Shown here piece after piece: positions 29,737 to 39,621 of a stretch of 64,000 nucleotides of DNA. The DNA lies in the IMG/VR virus record IMGVR_UViG_3300010883_021048, positions 9,744-73,743 of that record. One strand, given 5' to 3'. Each line of letters opens with the position of its first letter. Position 1 is the stretch's first letter. The notes under the pieces are model-generated. The model had not been told where the DNA came from, did not search any database, and worked only from the letters and a program-made list of their open reading frames with translations. This stretch comes from a virus. Both the position numbers and the translations under genes were made by a program.

Positions 29737-30533
29737 TATTTTTCACCATGATGGAGATGTCCATCTTTCTTCCATTGCCAATCGTATACTCTTTCTTCAC
29801 GATCACCAGTGATTATAGATGTTTTCTTGTATAGTTCATAATATGTATCTGCTAGCAAGAGAGGAACCCTAGCGTCATAGTCATCACTTTTCTTTTGGGT
29901 ATAATCGATTAATTTGTCAGGTAAATTAGCAAATGTAAAGTGTGGGAATGCTCGGATCCAAAGATGCAAATCTTCTGCTAGTGGAAATATCTGTTCATAT
30001 CCGCCCAATACATCTAACAACGCTCTAGAAAATATAACAGAAGGATGACAAATGGGATTTTGTCCATACATCATCATTCCTTTAATTTCGTTATTTTCTT
30101 CCGGATATGTTACAGGAACTCCAAATGTTCCAACATCTTGAGGCTTACCGTTTTCATCTAGCAAATTTATTTGAGTACCTAGCACATGTACGTCTGTGTT
30201 CTCTTTAAGATAGCTCATTTGCTTCTCTAATTTTTCTGGTAACCAATAATCGTCACCATCCTGCCTGGCTATCCAGTCGCCGGCTGCTGATCTAAGACCG
30301 GTGTTTAGCGCAGGAACAATACCAGGTTTTGAACATTTTAAAATTTTGAGACCCGGCATGTCTAAAAACTCGTTCTCTATAATCTCTATAGTGCTATCAG
30401 TGCAGTTGTTATCAACAACTATTGTTTCGAAATCTCGAAAAGTTTGATTCTTTATTGACATCAATGAACGACGAATTGTGTCTTCGCAATTGTACAGCGG
30501 GATCACTATCGATACGGCGGGGCTTGTACTCAT
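29736..30533 (-). CDS. Glycosyltransferase family 2
   Basis: VSIVIPLYN, VVDNNCTD, ARQDGDD, ICHPSV, AEDLHLW. Confidence 0.93.
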   Translation of the reverse strand: MSTSPAVSIVIPLYNCEDTIRRSLMSIKNQTFRDFETIVVDNNCTDSTIEIIENEFLDMPGLKILKCSKPGIVPALNTGLRSAAGDWIARQDGDDYWLPEKLEKQMSYLKENTDVHVLGTQINLLDENGKPQDVGTFGVPVTYPEENNEIKGMMMYGQNPICHPSVIFSRALLDVLGGYEQIFPLAEDLHLWIRAFPHFTFANLPDKLIDYTQKKSDDYDARVPLLLADTYYELYKKTSIITGDREERVYDWQWKKDGHLHHGEK

Positions 30534-32461
30534 TTTTCGTTTATGTCCCTGAATGCTTTTGGATGATTAGTGTTAATTGTTATATGCGGAACGCTACATG
30601 AGAAATCTACTTTTTCATGAAACACCCAGCCACCGAGTTCAGAACTAAGACGAGAGCTTAAAGCATCTATATCTTCATCCGTAACTTCAGACCATGGCTT
30701 ATCAAACATCACGTTGTTTTCAGAAGTATCTTCAGTGTCATGTCGATATTGACTTTTCCAAAAAGACGCCCAATGTAGTTTGTACTGCTTTATTTTTCTA
30801 GATATATCGTACCAGGAATAGTGGTGGACTGAAGGTAACTGATCTATAGCTCTTTGAAACCAATCTTGGTATGCTAGCACAGCGTTATTATTTCCTGACA
30901 ACCCGGCAGCACGAATATTGTGAGCTTGTTCGTTATAAAATCCTATGTGGGGAATTCTTTCTTTTGTTTCTGTATGGATGTAATCACATGTGTCAGTGCC
31001 TAAAGCAGCGAATATATTCCCTTCATCATCGAAACGCTGTAGCTCATTCGGAATTCCTTGTGTAATGAAATCTAGATTTCGACTTAGTCTCCATTTCCAC
31101 GGGTTAACATCCATTCTTATTTTTTCATCGCCTCCCCAATATTCAATAACGGGTAACGATACAACATCACAGTGTACAGGAAATGCCCTGAGTAGCTGAT
31201 GTACTTTTTCATAGTCGTTTTCGTGCACTACTTCATCAGCGTCCATTTGCCAACAAAAATCGCTGGTGCAATAACTTCTGGCAGTAGCCTTTAGTTTTCC
31301 ATCTGACTCGTAGGCAAAAGAAGGGTGATCGTTTAAAACAGGGTGCTGATATACTTTAAGCCTTCCGTCACCTTGAGCAGCAGACATTGCTTTTAATTCT
31401 TCCCATGTATCATCATCAGATCCACCATCCACCACTACAACTTCGTGACAGAAGCCAAGCATAGAAGTAACGGTCGCTTGCCACGGGTAGTTCATTCTGT
31501 TAGCATTTCTTACTGTCGTGTAACCGCTGACTGTTGATACATGATTTGATATGGATTTGATTGCTCTCCAGAATCGTTCTCGAGATGCGTATAAATACGA
31601 CATCATATCGATATGTACTCCAGTGAACCACTCTTCCTTTGCATGCTGTACATCATCATTAAGAATTAATTTGCAGCCTAATGCTTTTGCTTCTATAACC
31701 ATCCTGGGACATGTGTCACCACCGCGTGGCATATACACGAAACCTTCAGATGTAGAAAGCTTTTGTAGCAGCTCATCATATGGAAGACCCCAGACGACTT
31801 CGTAGTCTAGATTGTTTTTCTTACAATAGTCTTCTGCATCTTCGAATCCTTTGATCCAAGATTCTGAGCCTAATACGATCCAGCCTTTTTTATCATCTTT
31901 ATTCAAAGAATCTTTTACTGAATTCACATAGAGAAAAAAGCTTTCGTCGAATACGCTGCTTAGTACTACTGAGTCATTTTTTTCCAAAAATGGAAACCGT
32001 TCAAGATATCTTTTTTCTTGACTTTCACTCATCCACCAGAGACTCTTTGCTCCATGAAAGAACGCTGATATCATCTTACCATGAATTGACTCATGACAGT
32101 CACAGTCTTTCCCTGTTTCATTCCTGTGTTTCTCAATGCTTCTATATGCGCAGAATTTATAATCACATTCTACAATGGAATATGATAAGTTCCCTATTAT
32201 GCTGGGAATTAGGTTTGGTCTCATTGTAGAAAAATTACAAAATACCCAATGCTTATCCGATCCAGCCTTAAGAAGATTCATGCTGATATCTTTAGATTTA
32301 ATTTTTTGTACTACGATATCATTGGCCGAGGTTATCAAAGCTTCAGCTGTAAGTTCAGCTCCACCAACATAATCTTCCACGAACATATCTGAAACGAATA
32401 TAACATCAGCGTTAGTGTCAATAGACAATGTACCGGCTGTATTGAAAGGACTGTTAAACAT
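30530..32461 (-). CDS. Two-domain glycosyltransferase (N-terminal GT4-like + C-terminal GT2-like)
   Basis: GGAE...DTCPRMVIEAKALG, then EVVVVDGGSDDDT...WQMDADE. Confidence 0.8.
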   Translation of the reverse strand: MFNSPFNTAGTLSIDTNADVIFVSDMFVEDYVGGAELTAEALITSANDIVVQKIKSKDISMNLLKAGSDKHWVFCNFSTMRPNLIPSIIGNLSYSIVECDYKFCAYRSIEKHRNETGKDCDCHESIHGKMISAFFHGAKSLWWMSESQEKRYLERFPFLEKNDSVVLSSVFDESFFLYVNSVKDSLNKDDKKGWIVLGSESWIKGFEDAEDYCKKNNLDYEVVWGLPYDELLQKLSTSEGFVYMPRGGDTCPRMVIEAKALGCKLILNDDVQHAKEEWFTGVHIDMMSYLYASRERFWRAIKSISNHVSTVSGYTTVRNANRMNYPWQATVTSMLGFCHEVVVVDGGSDDDTWEELKAMSAAQGDGRLKVYQHPVLNDHPSFAYESDGKLKATARSYCTSDFCWQMDADEVVHENDYEKVHQLLRAFPVHCDVVSLPVIEYWGGDEKIRMDVNPWKWRLSRNLDFITQGIPNELQRFDDEGNIFAALGTDTCDYIHTETKERIPHIGFYNEQAHNIRAAGLSGNNNAVLAYQDWFQRAIDQLPSVHHYSWYDISRKIKQYKLHWASFWKSQYRHDTEDTSENNVMFDKPWSEVTDEDIDALSSRLSSELGGWVFHEKVDFSCSVPHITINTNHPKAFRDINEK

Positions 32462-32565
32462 ATGGCTTTACCTCACTCTAAACTATATTAGAGAGTATTC
32501 AGGTATTGTTTACGTCAACTTTTTTTGATTATTTTCTTGTACAAAGCTCGGATCGTCAGCTATTA

Positions 32566-32675
32566 TATTCTGTATTCAGTATCCCAGTAATCAGTTAATC
32601 AGTTATCTAATATACAGTTAATCTATAATCTATAATCTATAATACAGTTAATCTATAATCTATCTAGTACTATTA
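32566..32675. repeat. AT-rich low-complexity tandem repeat (CAGTTAATC / AATCTAT units; 22-bp direct repeat)
   Basis: ATACAGTTAATCTATAATCTAT at 32612-32633 and 32642-32663, plus degenerate CAGT(T)AAT units from 32585. Confidence 0.85.
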
Positions 32676-35600
32676 TCATACATAATATCCACTTAACTTA
32701 ACGCTGTAACTAAGATATCCAGCAGTTGCGTAACCGTTGGTCTGGGTAGCATCACCTGTTTGTGCATATTCATAAAATATACTGGAAGAACTATCATAGA
32801 TAACTTTATATCCCATATAGATTTTGCTACCAGTTGTTAATGTAACAGCCATGGCGCCTACACTACTCAGGTCGACATAATAAGATGTGCCTGGTTCTAA
32901 AGCGGCAATTTCCACACCAGCTTGATGATCTAGCATTTTATTTCCGCCATCGGCAAGAAGAGAGTCGCTTATATAGCTGGTGCCGGCATCGGCATTAGTG
33001 ATATAAGACTCGGTAGGCCCTACTTTAGCGATGCTTATTAAGACATCTGCTGCCGCTGTAGCGGCGGCGTTGTTGGGTCTTAGTTTATGTTCACCATGAC
33101 ATGAAACCGTCATTCCAGTAATCACAAGGTTTGCCGGGCATGCCCATCCCATGCTATTATACTGCTCAAATCTTTCAGTCGTAGAAGCGGGCTGCCATTT
33201 ATAGGTACCGCTGGTGGAACCGTTCAACGTCGTGGATTGGTTTCTAACTTCGAATCCTTTGATATTATTCCAGTATGACACGTTCTTGTCACCAGTGGCT
33301 CCTAAGTTAGAAAATAAGTATCTACGAGCAGCGCCAGCACCGGTGCCATTAGTAATTTGGTTCGAGGAGTTGTTGACTAGTATATTTAATCTGTACTCAT
33401 CTGTAGTAAATTTTTGTAATCTCTCTTTTGCAGCTGTAGTATATAACTGCACATCTTTCAACTTAGCGACGGCTGACTGAGCGTCAAGCTCTGGAGTATT
33501 ATCAAGATTAAAAGTAAATCTGGTTATGAGACCATCATCCATTGTGATTGTATCGCCATCCGCGGATAGAATAATATCACCAGCCGCGTCCAGCGTTATA
33601 TTTGTGGTTTTTGATTTAACAAAATCTGTTGATAATTTACCACCGACTATAACATCACCTACGGAATCCACTGTGGTAATCGCTATAGTACCATCAAGTG
33701 ACTTAATAACGTTATCACCTAATGTAAGCTCTCCGTCTATCTTCGTATTTCCTGAGCCGTCAAAAGTGATCCCACTCGTCGCACCAGCATCTTTTATGTT
33801 ATTACCAGCGACTGTAAGGTCACCCTCTATCTTCGTGTTCGCTGAGCCGTCAAAAGTGATTGTGTTAGCCGCGCCAGAATCTTTTATGTTGTTTCCGACA
33901 ACGGTAATGTCACCACCAACCCGTATATCATCGCTAAACATTACCATGGTTGGAGAAATTATCATCTTAACTGTTGGAGCTGCTGCGGCCGGAGCTCTAA
34001 CAAAGAATGACATAGAAGAAGGAGATTTTGCTGTACCAGTATGATTAGCTGTGGCGTTCGCTTCTATATATGCTCCAACACGCTCTGACTCCGCAGTAAG
34101 CTGTGAGTCACTGCTCCACCATTGTATTCTACCCAGCGAATCGCCTAGTACTATAGCTGGACTTGAATGAGTATTAGAACCCCAGGTTACAAGATTTAAA
34201 GTAGGAGGGTTCCACAAACCGCCGGGCTTATTAGCCACCAGAGTCAAAGAGCCTGACGGCATCTTTGTGCCTATAAGGTACTCACTGTTATCAACTTTTG
34301 GCCAACCAGCACCAGCCCCGGGTGTTGAACCAGATAGCATAATAATAGCGCCTTGGCCATCTATTCTGACTCTAGGTCTGGTAGAATTATCGTTGCCACT
34401 TTCATCATACATTCTAAAAGACATGTGTCCAGTACCAGTCGACTGCTTTTTAGACACTGTGATATTAGCAGTATGCTTGTTAGGAGTAAATGCACTAGAT
34501 ATGTCAAAAGCTAATTGTGAATATACAGTACTTCCGCCGGCAGCAGAATTACCAAGTAGTAAATTCGCCTTCGTCAAATTTGATGTAAGCTGATCTGTCG
34601 TAGCATTCGTATGCTCAATATGAAAGCTGCCAGTTGGGTCCTGTGACCTGGGCAGATTCGATGTCGGCCAGGTAGCGCCGCCACCTACACCGATTGATGT
34701 CGATGCTCCGGCTGAGTTGAATGTCATTGCCACCGTATTATCTTGGATCACACTACTACCGACAGCCGCGCCTGTGATTCTAAGTGGCTTTGTCCCATGA
34801 GGTGAAACACCCATATGCCAACCGCCCGTGTTTTGAACACCAGTGTTTGACTTAAAGTCGAGCGTGAGTATTGGAGCGTTATCAGTTACAACAGTATCAT
34901 GCCGTGAACGTAACATTACCCAAGAATTACGATTGGCTTCCGATGCGCTTACAACTAAAGACGCCGCCGGGTCATATGCATCTGTTCCAAAGCCACCACC
35001 ACCGACTCTTACAGAGCGCATGTTAGCGTCAATCATTATCGCGCCATTTTCCTGTGCTGTTGAATTCTTTCGTATAGAAAAGTCAGCCGCGGAATTGGGA
35101 CTAACAAATATACCAGGCTTATTTGTTACTGCTCCTCCACCATAATTAAATAAGATTGATGTAGTATTACCAGCGCCGTTTGCATCTAATTCAATGCCTA
35201 CTCCGCCAGTATCGGAAGACACTCTAAGCGGGTATCCAATTTGATCGGCAAGATTACCGTCAGTGGATGGACCAATTTGCACACCGTTTGGTGAATATAG
35301 TCTATTACCTGTAAACACATCACCTGTAAATTCTGCTCTGCCATTGGCACCAGATAAAACAAGGAATGCCCCCGCGGCCAATTGGTCAACGCCGGATGCG
35401 TTTGATTGGACCCTAAACTTTAAGTCTGTCCCTTGCTGATAACTACTAGTCCAATCTTGCGCAGCTACAGCTGTTATCATCGCTCCTGTATGAGGTGCCC
35501 CGGTTGCAGGACCCATTCCAGACCATATAATATCACCTATAGGATCGTGTGTCTGTATACTGGTATCATTTCTGGTTAGCTGAAACGAACTAGATCCATC

Positions 35601-35711
35601 CGCTTGATTTGCCTGTATTGAACCGGTGATGTTAAATCCACCAAGGTGCTCAATAGAGCCTGTAATGCTAGCCCCGTGAGATGAGCTTAGTAATCTTGTA
35701 AATACTGACAT
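32676..35711 (-). CDS. Tail fibre-like structural protein
   Basis: 1011 aa, G/S/T/A/N-rich, 30-aa repeats GDxTVxGNNIKDxGAxxxITFDGSxNTKI. Confidence 0.7.
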   Translation of the reverse strand: MSVFTRLLSSSHGASITGSIEHLGGFNITGSIQANQADGSSSFQLTRNDTSIQTHDPIGDIIWSGMGPATGAPHTGAMITAVAAQDWTSSYQQGTDLKFRVQSNASGVDQLAAGAFLVLSGANGRAEFTGDVFTGNRLYSPNGVQIGPSTDGNLADQIGYPLRVSSDTGGVGIELDANGAGNTTSILFNYGGGAVTNKPGIFVSPNSAADFSIRKNSTAQENGAIMIDANMRSVRVGGGGFGTDAYDPAASLVVSASEANRNSWVMLRSRHDTVVTDNAPILTLDFKSNTGVQNTGGWHMGVSPHGTKPLRITGAAVGSSVIQDNTVAMTFNSAGASTSIGVGGGATWPTSNLPRSQDPTGSFHIEHTNATTDQLTSNLTKANLLLGNSAAGGSTVYSQLAFDISSAFTPNKHTANITVSKKQSTGTGHMSFRMYDESGNDNSTRPRVRIDGQGAIIMLSGSTPGAGAGWPKVDNSEYLIGTKMPSGSLTLVANKPGGLWNPPTLNLVTWGSNTHSSPAIVLGDSLGRIQWWSSDSQLTAESERVGAYIEANATANHTGTAKSPSSMSFFVRAPAAAAPTVKMIISPTMVMFSDDIRVGGDITVVGNNIKDSGAANTITFDGSANTKIEGDLTVAGNNIKDAGATSGITFDGSGNTKIDGELTLGDNVIKSLDGTIAITTVDSVGDVIVGGKLSTDFVKSKTTNITLDAAGDIILSADGDTITMDDGLITRFTFNLDNTPELDAQSAVAKLKDVQLYTTAAKERLQKFTTDEYRLNILVNNSSNQITNGTGAGAARRYLFSNLGATGDKNVSYWNNIKGFEVRNQSTTLNGSTSGTYKWQPASTTERFEQYNSMGWACPANLVITGMTVSCHGEHKLRPNNAAATAAADVLISIAKVGPTESYITNADAGTSYISDSLLADGGNKMLDHQAGVEIAALEPGTSYYVDLSSVGAMAVTLTTGSKIYMGYKVIYDSSSSIFYEYAQTGDATQTNGYATAGYLSYSVKLSGYYV

Positions 35712-38700
35712 TAATCTTGATCCTCCAAAGGAGTTAGTCCCATTTTGTATTTTTTACCGGTCAAATTATTAACAACAACCAACATATCTGGTTCCTCATA
35801 TATAGTCCAATTACCACGATCATTTCTTAGATGAAGGTCGCCGGTATAGACATTGGCCCACCGGAAACTAGGCGACCCTAAATCGTAAGTATTATCAGCA
35901 CCCGGGTATATGCTTCCTGTAACTTCCATTCTACCGCTGGTGGTACTGACAACAACAGATCCACCAGAACTGTTATTATGCAACCTTAATTTCTTAACCG
36001 AGTCTTCTGTAAGGCCGTAGATATATCTGGAATCATCTTGAAATCTTAGCTGATTGTTATTCTCAAATCTTGCGTTTGTACCAGAGCTGCCGGCCGCGAG
36101 TCTAAACACCTCTCCAGCAGAATTATGAAATCCTAAAGTGACGTCACTCACCATTTTTATTCTACTAGCACCTGAGCTTACAGATCCGGTGACAAAATCT
36201 AGACTACCACTTAGACCTAATACAACTTTATTATTTGTGGTACCCTTTATCTGAACAGGCGGAAACTGACCATCATAAGTGTTTATTATCGCGCCGGCGC
36301 CTGGGCTTAGAGTGCCGTATGCTGATCCTTGAGGCCCAGTGCTATAAGCATGATTCAAGCTCGATAAGTAAAAGGGCATTTCAGCTCTAAGCGTACCTGA
36401 TACGTGAACATCCCCGCCGAATAGCGCTGTGGCTCTGGTTACCGGGCTTGAGCCGTCAGATCCAAGTGCACCACTGACGAAAAAGTATACATCATCTCCA
36501 ATTGCAGTTGTATGACGTGGTGGTCCAGATGAAAGTATTCCAGTATCAAAAGAGAATGAACCAGACGTCTTAACATATGAAGGCTCTCCTCCGCTTACGC
36601 TGAAGACCTCGGTGTTATCCGTAACAGATAGTGAGTTTAGATCAGTTAGTGTAACAGGTCCCGTATTATTGTCTTGGAACTTTAGATTATTCCCGTCTCT
36701 AAAAGCTCTAGTCGTCGAGTCGCTAAAGTGTATGTATGCCGTGGAAGAAGCAAGAGTTAAGTTATCTAAGTTTAGCACTCCGATGTCAGCAGTTCCGTTA
36801 ATCTTTGTATTACCAGAAACTACCAGATCTCCTGCAACTAGAGTAACACCTCTAGTGTTCGTACCTCTAGAGCTAACGGATCCGCTTAATAGTGTTCGTA
36901 CATCCCGGTGACGGGTCATAGAAAATAAGCTGTTCATCTGTGTAGCATTAGCGGCAGCCCCAAGGACTATAAATCCTTCCCTGCTTGTGCCGGCGCCGTA
37001 TTCAGCGGAAGAAGATAACAGTATTGTAGGTCCACCAACAGCCTCGTTAGAAGAAGCACTCATCATTAACAACGAAGTTGCAGGGCTCCCCGCCGCTCCC
37101 GGAACACCAGGATCGGAACCAACTTTTACACTAGCACCGCCCATGAAGAATGTGATGTCTCTATTGTCAGCTACCCCTGCAGCTGTTTTACCGTACACAT
37201 AGCTTTTGCTGTTTTTAGGGAAGTACACCACTCCTTGACTACCATCACTACGACCAACATTTAGCAATCCACCAAACCCGCCAACTGGACCTGTGATATC
37301 AACACCATTTGTATCATGTCCAGCGACTGTGTGGTTACCTAAAAATAACTTTTTATCTTGATCAATGTGAACGCCAGTGTTAACTTTAAACCTTAACGCT
37401 TCCGTTGTTATTAGTTTTATATCACCGTCGTTATTAGACATAGACATATGTGTAAGTGAACCAACTACAGATGCAGTGATTATTAGGTCAGCGCCCAAGC
37501 TCGGCAAAGAAAAACCGGCAGCTTCGATAACTACCGGCTCTGAATCAGCCAATGTAGTAACTACACCATCATTAACATCTTTTCTACCCGCGCGCCAGGA
37601 ATTATTAACGCTTCCTCTACCGAACGTAAGGGCCTGTGGAGCCACGCTAGACCCTGATGCGATAGCTATGCCACCATTACTATTGGTAGTAGTAGAACCT
37701 GACCCCATGAGGATCACAGGGTCTTCTACGCGTAAGTTCTCTACCCCTATTGAAACAGTGGAGCCAGAAACGTTTAAATCTCCTACAATGGTAACGTTTT
37801 TATTGAATGTGGCATCACCGGAACCGCTTAGGTAAATAACTGTGGCATTGCTTGCATCTTTTATTTCATTACCATTAATTGTTAGATCGCCTGCAAGGGC
37901 AGTGTTTTGACTTCCGTCAAAGGTGATTGCTGCAGCGAGCCCAGAGTCGAATATATCATTTCCGTTGACCAGCAAGTCTCCGATAACTGTGACTGCCCCG
38001 GAACTACCTAAAGTAAGGCACGCTCCACTTGCTCCCTTAATATCATTTCCTTTGACAGTTAAGTCACCTTCTACTGTAGTATCAACACCCGTAAAACTAA
38101 GCGCCAGTCCGGCAGATCCAGTAATACCATTGCTGGTTAGTGTAAAGTTTTTACCAACAGATAAGTTACCACCTACATCTAAATCACCAGGAATCGTAAA
38201 TGTTGACTCCGGTTCAATGCTTAGGTTACCAGATATGTGCAAATCACCGTCAAATAATGCTAACCCTCGGTCATTTGAGCCCTTGACTCCTCTTGATCCC
38301 GAAACGTGAAAAAAGACATCACGATTAATAGCATTACCATATGTGAAGGTGTTGGAGGCACCTGCTACATGTTTAAAAGATATAGTGCCTGTACCGTTGG
38401 AACCGAGTGTCGGGGTGGTGGGATCAGCAAGAAATAACGCTTTTCCTGTGGTGGGGTTATTAGTAAATCCCTGGATTAGTTTGTTAGGTACCCTAAGATC
38501 TCCAAGGACTGTGTCATCAACTTCTACAACACTTCTTTCAGCCCAAAGCGTTCCGCTTACGACAACGTCACCCATAAATAGAACTGAGCTGCCATCGGTT
38601 CGCCCAGTTCCGTCAATGGCAGACATATTTCTAGAACCAGATACCGCCATCCAGATATCGGTACCGACGTTAGTCAGAGATACCGAATTTCCTCCACCAT

Positions 38701-38821
38701 AGTTTGTCGCTCTAGACCCACTGTAGAAAAGTAGCCCTAAGGTTGGTTTATCCCAAGCTGTAGAACCAGAACCAACAATAGTATGTGTTCTTAGTCTGTC
38801 TGCTCTAAAATCTTTTGCCAT
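35711..38821 (-). CDS. Tail fibre-like structural protein
   Basis: 1036 aa; GDL.V.G repeats; C-terminal YDLGSPSFRWANVYTGDLHLRN.RGNWTI.E...NN.TGKKYK domain typical of myovirus fibre ends. Confidence 0.75.
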   Translation of the reverse strand: MAKDFRADRLRTHTIVGSGSTAWDKPTLGLLFYSGSRATNYGGGNSVSLTNVGTDIWMAVSGSRNMSAIDGTGRTDGSSVLFMGDVVVSGTLWAERSVVEVDDTVLGDLRVPNKLIQGFTNNPTTGKALFLADPTTPTLGSNGTGTISFKHVAGASNTFTYGNAINRDVFFHVSGSRGVKGSNDRGLALFDGDLHISGNLSIEPESTFTIPGDLDVGGNLSVGKNFTLTSNGITGSAGLALSFTGVDTTVEGDLTVKGNDIKGASGACLTLGSSGAVTVIGDLLVNGNDIFDSGLAAAITFDGSQNTALAGDLTINGNEIKDASNATVIYLSGSGDATFNKNVTIVGDLNVSGSTVSIGVENLRVEDPVILMGSGSTTTNSNGGIAIASGSSVAPQALTFGRGSVNNSWRAGRKDVNDGVVTTLADSEPVVIEAAGFSLPSLGADLIITASVVGSLTHMSMSNNDGDIKLITTEALRFKVNTGVHIDQDKKLFLGNHTVAGHDTNGVDITGPVGGFGGLLNVGRSDGSQGVVYFPKNSKSYVYGKTAAGVADNRDITFFMGGASVKVGSDPGVPGAAGSPATSLLMMSASSNEAVGGPTILLSSSAEYGAGTSREGFIVLGAAANATQMNSLFSMTRHRDVRTLLSGSVSSRGTNTRGVTLVAGDLVVSGNTKINGTADIGVLNLDNLTLASSTAYIHFSDSTTRAFRDGNNLKFQDNNTGPVTLTDLNSLSVTDNTEVFSVSGGEPSYVKTSGSFSFDTGILSSGPPRHTTAIGDDVYFFVSGALGSDGSSPVTRATALFGGDVHVSGTLRAEMPFYLSSLNHAYSTGPQGSAYGTLSPGAGAIINTYDGQFPPVQIKGTTNNKVVLGLSGSLDFVTGSVSSGASRIKMVSDVTLGFHNSAGEVFRLAAGSSGTNARFENNNQLRFQDDSRYIYGLTEDSVKKLRLHNNSSGGSVVVSTTSGRMEVTGSIYPGADNTYDLGSPSFRWANVYTGDLHLRNDRGNWTIYEEPDMLVVVNNLTGKKYKMGLTPLEDQD

Positions 38822-38870
38822 CTCTAAATCTCCATGATTCTTATAACTTTATCATCTGTGGCCAGCCGTG

Positions 38871-39230
38871 TTATGGCGACTCAGAAAGCGAGCCGCCACT
38901 GTATGTTATCGCTTCGACAGCCGGTGACACTGTTTCACCAATCTCTTTTATAGGTTTAACTGCGATAATTTTCCAAAAGAAGCTTTGCGATTCTGAACCT
39001 AAGTCTCCAGTGCCTGGTACACCGATACTTCTTAATATTTTAAACTTCCACCGATACGTATCATGCTCTAGTGTGGTTATAGTAGCGTTAACATTCGCAT
39101 ATTCGCCGAAAGGTGTAACTACTATGACAGGATAAAATGAAGGGTCAGTTATTCCTGTGTTAATAGAATATGATGCGTACATACCCGCAGCGATTGTCTC
39201 TGTACCGGTGGCTAGAATTAATTCCGACAT
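38871..39230 (-). CDS. Small putative virion/fibre-associated protein
   Basis: 119 aa, beta-rich, co-oriented upstream of the fibre genes. Confidence 0.5.
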   Translation of the reverse strand: MSELILATGTETIAAGMYASYSINTGITDPSFYPVIVVTPFGEYANVNATITTLEHDTYRWKFKILRSIGVPGTGDLGSESQSFFWKIIAVKPIKEIGETVSPAVEAITYSGGSLSESP

Positions 39231-39231
39231 C

Positions 39232-39582
39232 TTAAACCTGCATTGCCTGTAAGTGAATAATGCCAGTTATGGCAGCCGTGGTCTCTACTATAACAGTGAC
39301 AGTTTTGCCGCCGCCGGTAGGCACTGAGCTCAGCACAGCTGAACTTATCCATACATTAACATTGTTTATATCACCTAAAGGAGTTAGCGATATCGAAGGC
39401 AGCGATGAATATCTTCCTTCTAGAACGAATGTCTTACTACTTTCGTTAGCAAAGTTTACTCTTAAAGCTTCAAGAACAACTTCGCCATCGGATTTAATTC
39501 CCATGTTCGGCTGTGGTCTGAATCTTGGATAGACTTTTCTAAATCGATTCCTGTCATAGCTCTTCGTCTTTGTTGATCCCAT
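39232..39582 (-). CDS. Small putative virion/fibre-associated protein
   Basis: 116 aa; GAGG RBS and an ATATTTA motif (39599-39605) upstream. Confidence 0.55.
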   Translation of the reverse strand: MGSTKTKSYDRNRFRKVYPRFRPQPNMGIKSDGEVVLEALRVNFANESSKTFVLEGRYSSLPSISLTPLGDINNVNVWISSAVLSSVPTGGGKTVTVIVETTAAITGIIHLQAMQV

Positions 39583-39621
39583 ATTAACACCTCTTGTTTA
39601 AATATGGAGAACAAAAGTGTT

